From a virus, in IMG/VR virus record IMGVR_UViG_3300002062_000001, positions 1 through 64,000 of that record: a stretch of DNA of 64,000 nt. One strand, 5' to 3'. The position numbers were made by a program, and so were the translations under genes. Positions 51,352 through 60,779 of this stretch are shown piece after piece. The notes under the pieces are model-generated. The model made no database searches, was not told where the DNA came from, and worked only from the letters and a program-made list of their open reading frames with translations. Each line of letters opens with the position of its first letter. The first letter of the stretch is position 1.

Positions 51352-52478
51352 CTGAACAGACCGAACTGCTACCGCTAGGCATCCACTTTGGGCTGCCCCA
51401 AGACCAGTATCTGGACGATCCGGGCCTTGGATCGACACAGGTCAAGGAACTGAACATCGACCCGCTGGAATACTGGTGGAAGTCCCCGATGGGTCCGGGT
51501 GTGGAACGGAAGGAATCGGATGCGATGACCTTCGGGACTGCGCTGCACTCTATCGTTCTCGAGGGCCAAGGCGCATTCGAACGGCTTTATTCGGTCGCCC
51601 CGCGCAAGTCTGACTATGAAGGGCTGCTGGTCACGAACGACGATATGAAGGAATGGCTGAAGGCTCGAGGGCACCCCACGAAAGGCACGAAGGCTGTGCT
51701 GATCGACGCGCTGAAGGAAGCTGGATGCAGTTGGCCCATCTGGGAAGATCTGATCGACGCCCACCGCGCGGATTGCGAAATGCGTCAGGTCGAAAGTCTG
51801 GACGCTGAAGTCGCTGAACAGCTTCAGACCCGCGCGCGGGTTATCCACGCTGATCCGAACGTGAAGACACTGTTAACGGATGGATTTTCGGAAGTGTCGA
51901 TCTTCTGGGAAGATGCGGATGGTGTCCGCTGGAAGGCTCGAGTGGACTACATCAGGAAGCAAGATCAGACAGACCTGAAATCGTTCCAGAACCAGTTCAA
52001 GGAACCGATCATCAAAGCGATCACGAAGCGGATCACCAGCCTGCAGGGCCACATTCAGGCGCGGCTGCACTGGTCCGGGGTTCAGGCGGCGAAGGACATG
52101 CTGCTGGCGCATGGCGACGACGCTGTGTTCCGGCACGGGAAGTGCCTGTCGCCGGACGAAGCGTGGCTGATCGATTTCGCTTCCATGCCGCCGGGACCGT
52201 TCTATTGGATTTTCGCGCAGTCCACGGACGCCCCCATCGTCCGCGCGCTCAAGTGCCCGATGTCTGGCGTTCGGCAGATTCGCGACGTTGACGGAAATGT
52301 CACCGGAACCAGAACTGAGGTTTCCGAAATCTGGAACGATGCCAGCCTGAAGATCAGCTATGCGAAAAAGCTGTGGCTGGACTGCAAGGCGAAGTTCATC
52401 GACGGCGAAGCGTGGATGGATTTGGACGCCCAGCACGAACTGAACGATTGGGATTTCCCCCCGTACATCATCGGCTGA
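51348..52478 (+). CDS. PD-(D/E)xK recombination exonuclease (RecE/DUF3799-like) with an inserted SAP motif
   Basis: FGTALHSIVLEG and E-x-S...KARVDYI...TDLKS nuclease-type motifs. SAP-like segment MKEWLKARGHPTKGTKAVLIDALKEAG. Confidence 0.6.
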   Translation: MTEQTELLPLGIHFGLPQDQYLDDPGLGSTQVKELNIDPLEYWWKSPMGPGVERKESDAMTFGTALHSIVLEGQGAFERLYSVAPRKSDYEGLLVTNDDMKEWLKARGHPTKGTKAVLIDALKEAGCSWPIWEDLIDAHRADCEMRQVESLDAEVAEQLQTRARVIHADPNVKTLLTDGFSEVSIFWEDADGVRWKARVDYIRKQDQTDLKSFQNQFKEPIIKAITKRITSLQGHIQARLHWSGVQAAKDMLLAHGDDAVFRHGKCLSPDEAWLIDFASMPPGPFYWIFAQSTDAPIVRALKCPMSGVRQIRDVDGNVTGTRTEVSEIWNDASLKISYAKKLWLDCKAKFIDGEAWMDLDAQHELNDWDFPPYIIG

Positions 52479-52494
52479 ACAGGAGAACAGCACC

Positions 52495-53490
52495 ATGAAC
52501 GACGACGAAGACTTCCACGTTGAAAGTGCCCAGCGCAAAGCCACCCCGGTCATCATCGGGCTTTATGGGATGTCCGGGTGCGGAAAGACCCTTTCCGGGC
52601 TGAAGATGGCGCGCGGTCTGGCTGGCCCAGATGGCAAGATTGGGGTGATCGATACCGAGAACCACCGCGCGCAACTCTATTCGGGACGCCCGGAAATCGG
52701 CGACTATCTGTGCATCACGCTCTTCGAACCCTTCCACCCGGATCGCTTCAAAGCTGCAGTGAAGCGGCTCGAGGCAGAAGGATGCACGGTCATTATGATC
52801 GACAGCATCAGCGCCGAATGGGAAGGGCCGGGTGGCGTTCTGGACATGGCGGACAAGGAACAGGAACGCACCGGCAAGACTGGCCTGCACATCTGGAACA
52901 AGCCGAAGATGAAGCACAAGGGGATGGTCCAGCGGCTGATCCGTTCACCGGCTCACATCATCTGCTGTTGCCGCGGCAAGCACGAGATGGTGCAGAAGGG
53001 CAAGGAAGTCATCCGTGGTGACATCGTGCCCATTCAGGAAAACGGCTTCATCTATGAAATGACGGTTCACATGCGTCTGGACGTGGATGGCAACACGCCC
53101 ACCGTGACGAAGTGCTTAGACGAACTGATCCACTACATCGACGAGCGCAAGCCCATCACTGTCGAGACTGGCGCGAAGATCGCCGAATGGGTGAACAAGG
53201 GCGCGGCTGTCGATGAAGCCCTTCGCCTGCTGCTACTGACCGCGACCGATGCCGCTGAGCGGGGCAGGGAATCGCTGAAGGCTTTCGTCAATTCTCTGGA
53301 TCAGACAGAGCGGGTGCAGCTTCGCCCGTACCAGACGGAACTGAACACCACCGCCAAGTCAGCGGATCAGGTCAGCAGCAGCGACCCGGACGCGACAACG
53401 GGTCCAGATCCTGAGAAGGCAGCACAGGCGGCGAAAGCATTCGGTCAGCGCGACGAAGAGAAGACCAGCAGCGCGCAAGAAACTTGCTAA
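52495..53490 (+). CDS. AAA_24 / Sak4-like RecA-fold recombination ATPase
   Basis: Walker A LYGMSGCGKT and Walker B VIMIDSIS. Confidence 0.7.
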   Translation: MNDDEDFHVESAQRKATPVIIGLYGMSGCGKTLSGLKMARGLAGPDGKIGVIDTENHRAQLYSGRPEIGDYLCITLFEPFHPDRFKAAVKRLEAEGCTVIMIDSISAEWEGPGGVLDMADKEQERTGKTGLHIWNKPKMKHKGMVQRLIRSPAHIICCCRGKHEMVQKGKEVIRGDIVPIQENGFIYEMTVHMRLDVDGNTPTVTKCLDELIHYIDERKPITVETGAKIAEWVNKGAAVDEALRLLLLTATDAAERGRESLKAFVNSLDQTERVQLRPYQTELNTTAKSADQVSSSDPDATTGPDPEKAAQAAKAFGQRDEEKTSSAQETC

Positions 53491-53645
53491 GCTGAAGAAA
53501 GCGATGGCGCGCAAGCCGCGCCGTCGTGGTTCTCAATCAGGGATGATTGGGCACGTACATTCATCAAAGGCTGGACTTTCTATGGCTGTCATGGCCGCGC
53601 TGGCTTTTCAGACAGCCCCAATCAAAAATTACGAGGAAGACTAGA

Positions 53646-54875
53646 ATGCCCACTGAACCAGAAGTGATCGACGTAACCCCTGACCAGATCGACAGCGGGG
53701 ACGCGCCGGAAAAAACGAAGATCGACCCGGAACAGGTCGAAATGACAGACACCGGAATCGTTGTGCATGGCTCTGGCCTAACGCTGGCGGATGTCTTCAA
53801 GGTCGATGAAGGCGTGGAAACCGTCATCAGCGCCATCGAAGACCGGGTGAAGAATTCCACCCCGGACCTGTCCACGCTGAAGGGACGCGAAGCTGTGCGG
53901 AAGCTGGCTGCTGATGTCTCGAGGGCCAAGACCAAACTGGATGCGGCCGGCGAAGCCGTGAAAGCTGACGCTCAGGCAGTGGTGAACGCAGTCAACGCAG
54001 ATCGCCGGAAGCTGAAGGACCGGCTGGACGCCCTACGCGATGAAGCCCGGAAGCCCCTGACCGAATGGGAACAGGCTGAAGAAGCGCGGAAGGCCGGTCT
54101 GGCAGCGCGCCTGAACGCTCTGGAAGCCCTGAACAAGATCGGGCAACAGGACAGCGCCGAAGAAATCCAGACCCGGATCGACAGCGCCGAAGCCACAGTG
54201 ATCGACGATAGCTGGGATGAACTGGAAGAAGAAGCCGCCCGGTCGAAGGAAATGGTCCTGACAGCCCTGCGCGGTGCCCATGCCGTCGCCGCTGAGCGTG
54301 AGGCAGAACGCGCTGAACTGGAAGCCCTGCGCGAAGCCGCCCGGAAGCGCGAAGAGGAAGAGGCAGCCGCCCAAGCCGCCGAAGAACAGCGCCGCCGGGA
54401 AGAGGAAGAAGCCCAGCGCGCGAAGGAAGAGGAAGAGCGCCGCGCGCGTGAGGCAGCCGAAGCCGAAGAGCGGCAGAAGCGTGAAGCGGCTGAAGCTGCC
54501 CAGCGTGCCGCTGAAGAGGCAGCCCAGCGCGAACGGGATGAAGCTGACCGCCTTCGCCGGGAAGCCGAAGAACAGCGCGAACGCGAACGCGCTGAAGAGG
54601 CCAAGCGGATCGCCGATGCTGAGGCAGCCCAGAAAGCTGCTGAAGAGCGCGCCGCCCGCGCCGCTCAGGAAGAGCGCGACCGGCAAGAGCAAGAGCGGAA
54701 GGACGCCGCCGATGCTGAAGCCAAGCGCCGCGCCGATGCTGAGCATCGCGAAAAGGTGGTGGCAGCATCTGCGAAAGCAATCACCGGCGAAACACGTCTG
54801 GCGGACAAAACAGCGCGAAAGCTGATCGAAGCAATCGCCGCCGGGAAAGTCCCCAGCGTGTCGATCAAGTTCTGA
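53646..54875 (+). CDS. DUF1351-like protein with a long Glu/Arg/Ala-rich coiled coil
   Basis: ATG at 53646 follows GAGGAAG. It occupies the slot next to Sak4 that DUF1351 proteins usually take. Charged low-complexity region at about 54270-54760. Confidence 0.45.
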   Translation: MPTEPEVIDVTPDQIDSGDAPEKTKIDPEQVEMTDTGIVVHGSGLTLADVFKVDEGVETVISAIEDRVKNSTPDLSTLKGREAVRKLAADVSRAKTKLDAAGEAVKADAQAVVNAVNADRRKLKDRLDALRDEARKPLTEWEQAEEARKAGLAARLNALEALNKIGQQDSAEEIQTRIDSAEATVIDDSWDELEEEAARSKEMVLTALRGAHAVAAEREAERAELEALREAARKREEEEAAAQAAEEQRRREEEEAQRAKEEEERRAREAAEAEERQKREAAEAAQRAAEEAAQRERDEADRLRREAEEQRERERAEEAKRIADAEAAQKAAEERAARAAQEERDRQEQERKDAADAEAKRRADAEHREKVVAASAKAITGETRLADKTARKLIEAIAAGKVPSVSIKF

Positions 54876-55576
54876 TGCTGATCCGAGTGATCGACTTCGA
54901 AACGACGGGTCTGGGCGATGATGCCCAGCCCATAGAAGTCGGCTGGACCGATCTGGTGGATGGGGTCGTCAGGGACACCACGTCACTGCTGGTGGCCCCA
55001 GACTGGCCAGTGGAAATCGAGCCGGAAGCGCGCGCGGCGCATCACATCGACCCCCATGACGTGATGACTTTCGGCGTATCTTTGGAGCGCATGGAAGCGC
55101 ATCTTCAAGCTGGGACGCCAGACCTGCTGGCTTCGCATTATGCGGAATTCGACCGGAAGTTCTACACGCCACCGGCCGGCACGATCTGGCTCTGCACCGA
55201 AAAGTGCGCTCGAGCCGCATGGGAGAAAGCGCCCAGCTACGGCAATCAGGTCTTGCGATACTGGCTGAACCTGCAGGTCAACCCACAACTGGCGACACCC
55301 GCGCACCGGGCTGGGCCTGACACCTACGTCACCGCCCATCTGCTTCAGCATCTGCTGACCGGCGCAACGCTGGACACCTTGATCGAATGGACGCGGGAAC
55401 CACGGGTCTTCTGGAAGATGCCATTCGGCAAACACCGGGGCGAACGGTTCGCGGACCTGCCAGACGACTACATCAAGTGGATGCTGTCGCCCAAGGCTGC
55501 AGACATGGACCCAGAAATCTTGGCGTCTGCGCGCCGGGAAGCGAACCGGAGGGCAGGTTATCTGCCATTCGCATGA
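54875..55576 (+). CDS. DnaQ/ExoX-like DEDDh 3'-5' exonuclease with C-terminal KHRG (DUF3820-like) domain
   Basis: Exo I VIDFETTG, Exo III HRAGPDTYV, and C-terminal MPFGKHRGERFADLPDDYIKWML. Confidence 0.8.
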   Translation: MLIRVIDFETTGLGDDAQPIEVGWTDLVDGVVRDTTSLLVAPDWPVEIEPEARAAHHIDPHDVMTFGVSLERMEAHLQAGTPDLLASHYAEFDRKFYTPPAGTIWLCTEKCARAAWEKAPSYGNQVLRYWLNLQVNPQLATPAHRAGPDTYVTAHLLQHLLTGATLDTLIEWTREPRVFWKMPFGKHRGERFADLPDDYIKWMLSPKAADMDPEILASARREANRRAGYLPFA

Positions 55577-55998
55577 CGAACGCCGGGAAGCGACCTGGCG
55601 TTAGCGCGCGCGACGCGCGGGTGACATGCGCGAAGATGGCGATGGATCAGGGCACGCCCCTGATCTGCCTGATCTGCAAGCAACCGATCACGCCAGAACA
55701 GATGGCTGCAAGGGGTCAGGATGGCGTCATCAACGAACACTGGACCCCGCGCGGTCTGGGTGGATCAGACGACCCACTGAGCGGGAACCGTGGCTATGTC
55801 CACAAGCCCTGCGCGGACAAAAAAACCCACGGCATCGACGGCGACATTCACAAGGTTGCGAAGACCAAGCGGATCGTCGCCAAGGCCAAGGGCGAAAGGA
55901 AAAGGCGCGGACCACCACTGAAGAGCCGCGGCTTTCAAAAAAACCCCGATCTGGTTCGGGGTCTGGACGGCAAAGTGAAACCAAGGAAGAAAAAATGA
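55573..55998 (+). CDS. HNH endonuclease
   Basis: ATG at 55573 overlaps the upstream TGA. Motif INEHWTPRGLGGSD...GNRGYVHKPCADKKT. Confidence 0.6.
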   Translation: MTNAGKRPGVSARDARVTCAKMAMDQGTPLICLICKQPITPEQMAARGQDGVINEHWTPRGLGGSDDPLSGNRGYVHKPCADKKTHGIDGDIHKVAKTKRIVAKAKGERKRRGPPLKSRGFQKNPDLVRGLDGKVKPRKKK

Positions 55999-56432
55999 GC
56001 GAAGAAAAACAGAAGGACCGGATCGAAGGAACCGATTATTTCGGCATCGTGATGGCTGATGACGACCGGCGGCTGATCCGAAACCCGCGCGTGTCATCCG
56101 CGCTGGCTCGAGCCGGACGGCTGGCCAAGAAACACCAGAAGAAGTTCTATGTTTTGAAGGTCGTCCGGGTCATCACAGCCGAAACTGAGCATGAAGAGCG
56201 CAACCGGGAAGAAGGTCCGCGACGCGACGCATGGGACGCCGCATGTGCTGTGATGCAGCGCGAGCGCCAGCACGCGATCCGGCACCTGAAAAAAGCCCAC
56301 AAGCTGCTGAAACAAAGGCTTTCGGATGAAGACCTGACCGATGAAATGTCCGATCTGATCGCTGCGATTGAAACGGCGAAAGGTGTCTTGGACGGCCAGA
56401 TCGATCTGGATGCCGACGATCAGAAAAAATAA
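55995..56432 (+). CDS. hypothetical protein (145 aa)
   Basis: ATG at 55995 overlaps the upstream stop. Confidence 0.5.
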   Translation: MSEEKQKDRIEGTDYFGIVMADDDRRLIRNPRVSSALARAGRLAKKHQKKFYVLKVVRVITAETEHEERNREEGPRRDAWDAACAVMQRERQHAIRHLKKAHKLLKQRLSDEDLTDEMSDLIAAIETAKGVLDGQIDLDADDQKK

Positions 56433-56521
56433 AATAAGGGTTTGATCCCTGATTTAATCTGTGATTAGGCTGCCCCGTCCACTGAGAAGGACAAAACCCT
56501 TACAGCAAATTGGAGACACCC

Positions 56522-57085
56522 ATGCTGAAACTCGAAAAAGACCAAGACCTTGTGCTGGCGAAAGCCGATGGCTCTGCAGCAAACAACGTGACGGCTGGCG
56601 TCGGATGGGATGCCGCCGAAGAAGGCGCGACCGTCGATCTGGACATTGCCGCGTCCGTCTTCCGGGGCACCGAACTGGTCAACACCCTGTACTATGGCAC
56701 GCCGAAGAACGCTGATGGCAAGCTGGCGATCCCCGGCATGGTCCACAGCGGCGACGACCTGACCGGCGACAACTCGGATGATGGCCCGGACGAAGAAATC
56801 CAGATCGATCTTTCCGCCGTCGAAGGCGACCGCGTGGAACTGCTGGTCAATCTCTACAACGCAGCTTCGAAGGGTCAGACCCTCGGCATCGCCAAGAACG
56901 CATTCGTGCAGGTTGGCGGCGATGTGGAAGACGCCCGCTTCACGGTCACGGACGACATGACCGGGCACACCATGCACGTCGGCACGCTGACGAAGCAAGA
57001 CGATGGCTGGCACTTCAGCCCCCACGGCACGATGCTGGGCGATGTGGACCTGAACGGAGCGAATGCCGCCGTCAAAGGCGCGTAA
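56522..57085 (+). CDS. terD: TerD-domain stress protein
   Basis: GVGWDA...VDLDIAA...MVHSGDDLTGDNSDDGPDEEIQIDL matches the TerD Ca-binding signature (GDNxTGxGxGDDE). ATG follows GGAGA. Confidence 0.8.
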   Translation: MLKLEKDQDLVLAKADGSAANNVTAGVGWDAAEEGATVDLDIAASVFRGTELVNTLYYGTPKNADGKLAIPGMVHSGDDLTGDNSDDGPDEEIQIDLSAVEGDRVELLVNLYNAASKGQTLGIAKNAFVQVGGDVEDARFTVTDDMTGHTMHVGTLTKQDDGWHFSPHGTMLGDVDLNGANAAVKGA

Positions 57086-57114
57086 TCACCCCTTTCAGTC
57101 ATCCAACATAGGAG

Positions 57115-57138
57115 GGGCAGGGGGTCAAAGCCCTGCCC
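57115..57138 (+). terminator. hairpin followed by a T-rich tract after terD (possible attenuator/terminator)
   Basis: GGGCAGGG-ggtcaaag-CCCTGCCC followed by TTATT. Confidence 0.4.
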
Positions 57139-57146
57139 TTATTCAC

Positions 57147-57674
57147 ATGGTCAGCATCATTTTTACTGCGCTTTCTGCTCTGGTCGCGATCCTCTTCGCT
57201 TTCTGGTGCCTGAAGCTGTTCAAATCCAGCAAGGTCATGGGCGTCGCCGGTCTGGTCGCCCTTGGCATCATCTGGGTGGGCTTCGAAATTGTCCGCCCTC
57301 ACGTCACCCACGAAGCGATCACCGGCACCGAAGTCCGCCGGATCGACAAAGACGGTCTTGGGCCACTCCCATCCGTCGATGTCCAGTTCATCTACACCGC
57401 CGATCAGGCTTATCAGAACCGCGATAGCTGGTGGTGGTTGAAGAAGAATTCGGACAATCTCTATCGGGACGCGAAGACCATTGAAGGCACCGAAGATCCT
57501 GTCTGGATCGTCTACAATGGCGCGCGTTCGACCCCGCTGGACTGGTGGGGAAACATCATCGGGATGGGGCAATCCTTTCCGATGTTCACCGCTCTTCGGA
57601 TCGCGATCTTCTATCTGATCGCCCTGATCCTGATCGGCGTCATCGGCGTGGCGGTTCGCAAGATTGCCCGCTGA
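57147..57674 (+). CDS. membrane protein with N- and C-terminal TM segments (DUF1523-like, from memory)
   Basis: Hydrophobic N- and C-termini. Central motifs VDVQFIYTAD...YQNRDSWWW...NLYRDA. Confidence 0.5.
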   Translation: MVSIIFTALSALVAILFAFWCLKLFKSSKVMGVAGLVALGIIWVGFEIVRPHVTHEAITGTEVRRIDKDGLGPLPSVDVQFIYTADQAYQNRDSWWWLKKNSDNLYRDAKTIEGTEDPVWIVYNGARSTPLDWWGNIIGMGQSFPMFTALRIAIFYLIALILIGVIGVAVRKIAR

Positions 57675-57712
57675 ACTACCCCTTCAACAACTGATACCCG
57701 GAGACATAAATC

Positions 57713-58150
57713 ATGGGCTTTTTCTCGGATAAATTAGGCGCTTTCGGTGCATGGCTGGACAAGGCCAAGGATCAACTGAGCGGGAACCTTGCGAAGCTGC
57801 AAGGCAAGGGACCGCTTGAGCGTCTGGCAGCCTGCGCGTTCCTGATCGCGAATTCAGACGGTGACATCGACGCCGATGAAATCGAAAAGTTCGCAGACAT
57901 CGTGAAGCGCAACGCGCCACAGTTCAGCGAAGACGACGCACGCGCCGCCTTTACCAAGGCACGCGAGAACGGCGACACCAACAGCTTGCTTGCCCTGATC
58001 GGGAAGGCACCTGCAGAAGAAGGTGAAACGCTGGTCATGGCTGCCATCGCAATCGGTAGCGCGGACGGCGAATTCGACGACGACGAAAAGGCGATGGCAC
58101 GACGCATCTGCACCGCGTTGTTCATCCAGCCGTCGAAGTTTGATCTGTGA
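57713..58150 (+). CDS. terB: TerB-family protein
   Basis: Two ADG-type repeats: IANSDGDIDADEIEKF and IGSADGEFDDDEKAM. Confidence 0.7.
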   Translation: MGFFSDKLGAFGAWLDKAKDQLSGNLAKLQGKGPLERLAACAFLIANSDGDIDADEIEKFADIVKRNAPQFSEDDARAAFTKARENGDTNSLLALIGKAPAEEGETLVMAAIAIGSADGEFDDDEKAMARRICTALFIQPSKFDL

Positions 58151-59106
58151 TTGGCGGCGACACGCTCTTGTGGTTGGCGCTGATCGTCATGGGCGGGGGT
58201 ATCCTCGCCTATGACATCTTTTGCCACCGCGATGAAAGGGTGATCGGCCTGCGCGAAGCTGCAGTCTGGTCCACCGGCTATGTCATCATCGCGATCCTTT
58301 ATGGGATTCTGGTCTACTATGTCCGGGGCGCGGAAGACGCCGCGAAATACTATACCGGGTGGACGCTCGAGAAAGTTCTATCGCTGGACAACGTGATGGT
58401 GTTCGGCGTGATCTTTTCCTATTTCGGCATCGCCCCAGAGCATCGCCACTGGATTCTGCATTGGGGCATTCTGGGCGCAATCGTCTTGCGGCTGATCTTT
58501 GCCGCCGTTGGCGTCGGGATGCTGAAGGCTTTCGGGGCACCGATGCTGATCGTCTTCGGCTTGATCGTTCTTTGGTCAGCTTGGAAGATTTGGCAGGAAC
58601 TTCGGAAGGGCGACGACGACGAACCCGTGGATTACGAATCGACGTGGTACATCAAGGGGACGAAGCGCCTGCTGGGTGATCGGGTGACATCGGAGACGAA
58701 CGGTCACGCGCTATTCATCAACGGGGCAGCCACGCCGCTGTTCTTCTGCCTGATCGCCATCGAAATCAGCGATGTGATGTTCGCTCTGGACAGCATCCCG
58801 GCGATCATCGCCGTGACCGAAGACTTGCTTCTGGTCTATGCCGCGATGGTGTTCGCGATCATGGGCCTTCGGTCGCTGTACTTCCTGCTGGATGCCTTGC
58901 TGAGAGTGCTTCACCTGCTGTCCTATGCGCTGGTGCTGGTGCTGTTCTGGATTGGCGTCAAAATGCTGCTGGCGGCATCTGAGCAACTGACAGGCTACGG
59001 GACGCACGTCGATCCCATCACCAGCCTGATCTTCGTCCTGACCACTCTGGCGCTGGGGGTTGTAGCCAGCTTCATCTGGCCCGAGAAAGGCAAGGCAGAT
59101 GGCTGA
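58147..59106 (+). CDS. terC: TerC-family integral membrane protein
   Basis: Motif LEKVLSLDNVMVFGVIFSYFGI...HW.ILHWGILGAIVLRL plus a second half-repeat. A GTG start overlaps the terB stop. Confidence 0.85.
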   Translation: MIGGDTLLWLALIVMGGGILAYDIFCHRDERVIGLREAAVWSTGYVIIAILYGILVYYVRGAEDAAKYYTGWTLEKVLSLDNVMVFGVIFSYFGIAPEHRHWILHWGILGAIVLRLIFAAVGVGMLKAFGAPMLIVFGLIVLWSAWKIWQELRKGDDDEPVDYESTWYIKGTKRLLGDRVTSETNGHALFINGAATPLFFCLIAIEISDVMFALDSIPAIIAVTEDLLLVYAAMVFAIMGLRSLYFLLDALLRVLHLLSYALVLVLFWIGVKMLLAASEQLTGYGTHVDPITSLIFVLTTLALGVVASFIWPEKGKADG

Positions 59107-59317
59107 TGAACCGGACATCGCTGCGATCATCGAAAGCATGAGTGGCCCCCAGCGTTACGCGCTGGCGGCACCTTATCACCCGAACAATCAGCTTCGGGGA
59201 AGGGTCAGCACCGTCAAGGCGCTGGAAAAGATGGGGCTGGCGAAGGACGGGATGCGGACCCCCTTGGGGACCGATGTTTGCAGCCATCTGATTGAAATGG
59301 GCTATGGCGAATCGTGA
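59099..59317 (+). CDS. hypothetical protein (72 aa)
   Basis: ATG overlaps the terC 3' end. Confidence 0.5.
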   Translation: MADEPDIAAIIESMSGPQRYALAAPYHPNNQLRGRVSTVKALEKMGLAKDGMRTPLGTDVCSHLIEMGYGES

Positions 59318-59798
59318 ACCAGTCCTATGCGCGCATTGCCGCCATCCGTCCCGTCTCACGACGGGGCGGGAAATCTATCCGCACCGCCGCGACCTGCGCG
59401 ACCTGCGCTTCTGGCGCTGTGACCGCTGCGACGCCCATGTGGGCTGCCACAAGCCCGGTGTCGGCTTCGGCGATGGCACGGTTGCCTATGGTCGCCCAGC
59501 GAACAAGGAACTGCGTCGCGCTCGAGGGTGGATGCACAAGAAATTCGATCCGATCTGGATGGCAGCGCCGCGCAAGAAACGACGCACGGCGCGCCGCCGC
59601 CTCTATCGGATACTGTCCCGCGCGCTGCAGATCAGCACCACAGAATGCCACATCGGAATGTTCGATCTGGCGCAATGTCGCCGGTGCTGGGTGCTGCTGG
59701 ACGATGTGACGTGGGAACACGCTTTCGATCAGGGACGCTACGACCCGGACCTTGATCGGAATGAACAACTGGTCGTGAAAGAAGAAGGAACTGAATGA
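59304..59798 (+). CDS. DUF3268-like zinc-ribbon protein
   Basis: Motif CAHC...GREIYPHRRDLRDLRFWRCDRCDAHVGCH...ELRRARGWMHKKFDPIW. Confidence 0.6.
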   Translation: MANREPVLCAHCRHPSRLTTGREIYPHRRDLRDLRFWRCDRCDAHVGCHKPGVGFGDGTVAYGRPANKELRRARGWMHKKFDPIWMAAPRKKRRTARRRLYRILSRALQISTTECHIGMFDLAQCRRCWVLLDDVTWEHAFDQGRYDPDLDRNEQLVVKEEGTE

Positions 59799-60019
59799 TG
59801 GGAATTTTCATCGCGCTACTGGTCTGGGGCTTGGGTATGATCCCTGCCGCTGACCGCTTCAAGGATCGCTTCGGCAAGCCTGAAGGCGAAGACGCCGGGG
59901 AAGACGCGAACGACGCCCACGAAACCCTGTATTGGGCGGCTGTGGTGCTGTGGCCTGTTCTGGTGCTGGTGCCGCTCTGCAGGCAGATATTCCGCTTGCT
60001 CAAAGAACTGGCGGACTGA
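59795..60019 (+). CDS. small membrane protein (2 TM segments)
   Basis: Hydrophobic N-terminal and central segments. Confidence 0.5.
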   Translation: MMGIFIALLVWGLGMIPAADRFKDRFGKPEGEDAGEDANDAHETLYWAAVVLWPVLVLVPLCRQIFRLLKELAD

Positions 60020-60025
60020 CCCGCC

Positions 60026-60370
60026 ATGCCTCGGAATATGTCATTCGCCATGACAACCGAGCAAGTCCGGGCGCGCTCAAAAGACGTGACCCGGCGCTTC
60101 GGCTGGTGGTTCCTGAAGCCCGGTGACATCGTGAACGCGGTGGAAAAAAGCATGGGGCTGAAGAAGGGCGAAACCGTCGTCCGGCTCTGCCAGATCAGGA
60201 TAGTCAGCACGCGCGGCGAACTGCTGAACCAGATCGAAGCTGAAGACATGCCCCGCGAAGGCTTCCCGGAAATGGCCCCGGACGCCTTTGTCCAGATGCT
60301 GGTCGATCACTACCGCTGCGATCCTGACAGCGAAGTGAACCGGATCGAATTTGAATATTTGGAGGATTGA
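60026..60370 (+). CDS. ASCH (PUA-like) domain protein
   Basis: Pattern ...KDVTRRFGWWFLKPGD...; 114 aa. Confidence 0.6.
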   Translation: MPRNMSFAMTTEQVRARSKDVTRRFGWWFLKPGDIVNAVEKSMGLKKGETVVRLCQIRIVSTRGELLNQIEAEDMPREGFPEMAPDAFVQMLVDHYRCDPDSEVNRIEFEYLED

Positions 60371-60372
60371 GG

Positions 60373-60591
60373 ATGCCCGGCGAAACCCACACCTGCGACG
60401 ACTGCGAACACTGCAAGCTGAAGACGAAGCATGACGGGACATTCTTTCGCTTCCCGCCCAGCGCCCACCCTGTTCCGGGTCCGCACAACCCCGGCGTCTT
60501 CGACGATGTGGTCTGGTTGCGACCGGCTGTGGCGCTGAGCGAACCGAAATGCGGCGAGTTCAAGCGCGCCCAGATCAATCAAAGGCTTTAG
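60373..60591 (+). CDS. hypothetical Cys-containing protein
   Basis: ATG at 60373 lies 7 nt after GGAGGA. Confidence 0.45.
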   Translation: MPGETHTCDDCEHCKLKTKHDGTFFRFPPSAHPVPGPHNPGVFDDVVWLRPAVALSEPKCGEFKRAQINQRL

Positions 60592-60593
60592 AC

Positions 60594-60755
60594 ATGGAAC
60601 ACGCCTTCCATGTGCTGGGCACGCTTTTCATCCTTTGGCTGTTCACCCGATGGAGCGACAGCGAACCTTGGATGAAATTCTTCATACTGCTGCTGGGGCT
60701 GCTGGGCGTGATCGTCACGCTGCGCGGCTTCGGCATCGTTATCACGACAACCTGA
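60594..60755 (+). CDS. small membrane protein (53 aa)
   Basis: ATG at 60594. Two hydrophobic segments. Confidence 0.45.
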   Translation: MEHAFHVLGTLFILWLFTRWSDSEPWMKFFILLLGLLGVIVTLRGFGIVITTT

Positions 60756-60779
60756 ACCGACCCAGAGAGGACACCCAAA

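Noticed and set aside
54270-54760. A Glu/Arg/Ala-rich stretch that might be a tandem DNA repeat or a separate antisense gene set.
   Set aside because: It is compositionally biased coiled-coil coding sequence without exact tandem units. The three antisense ORFs are Ser/Arg/Ala-rich artefacts of the same bias.
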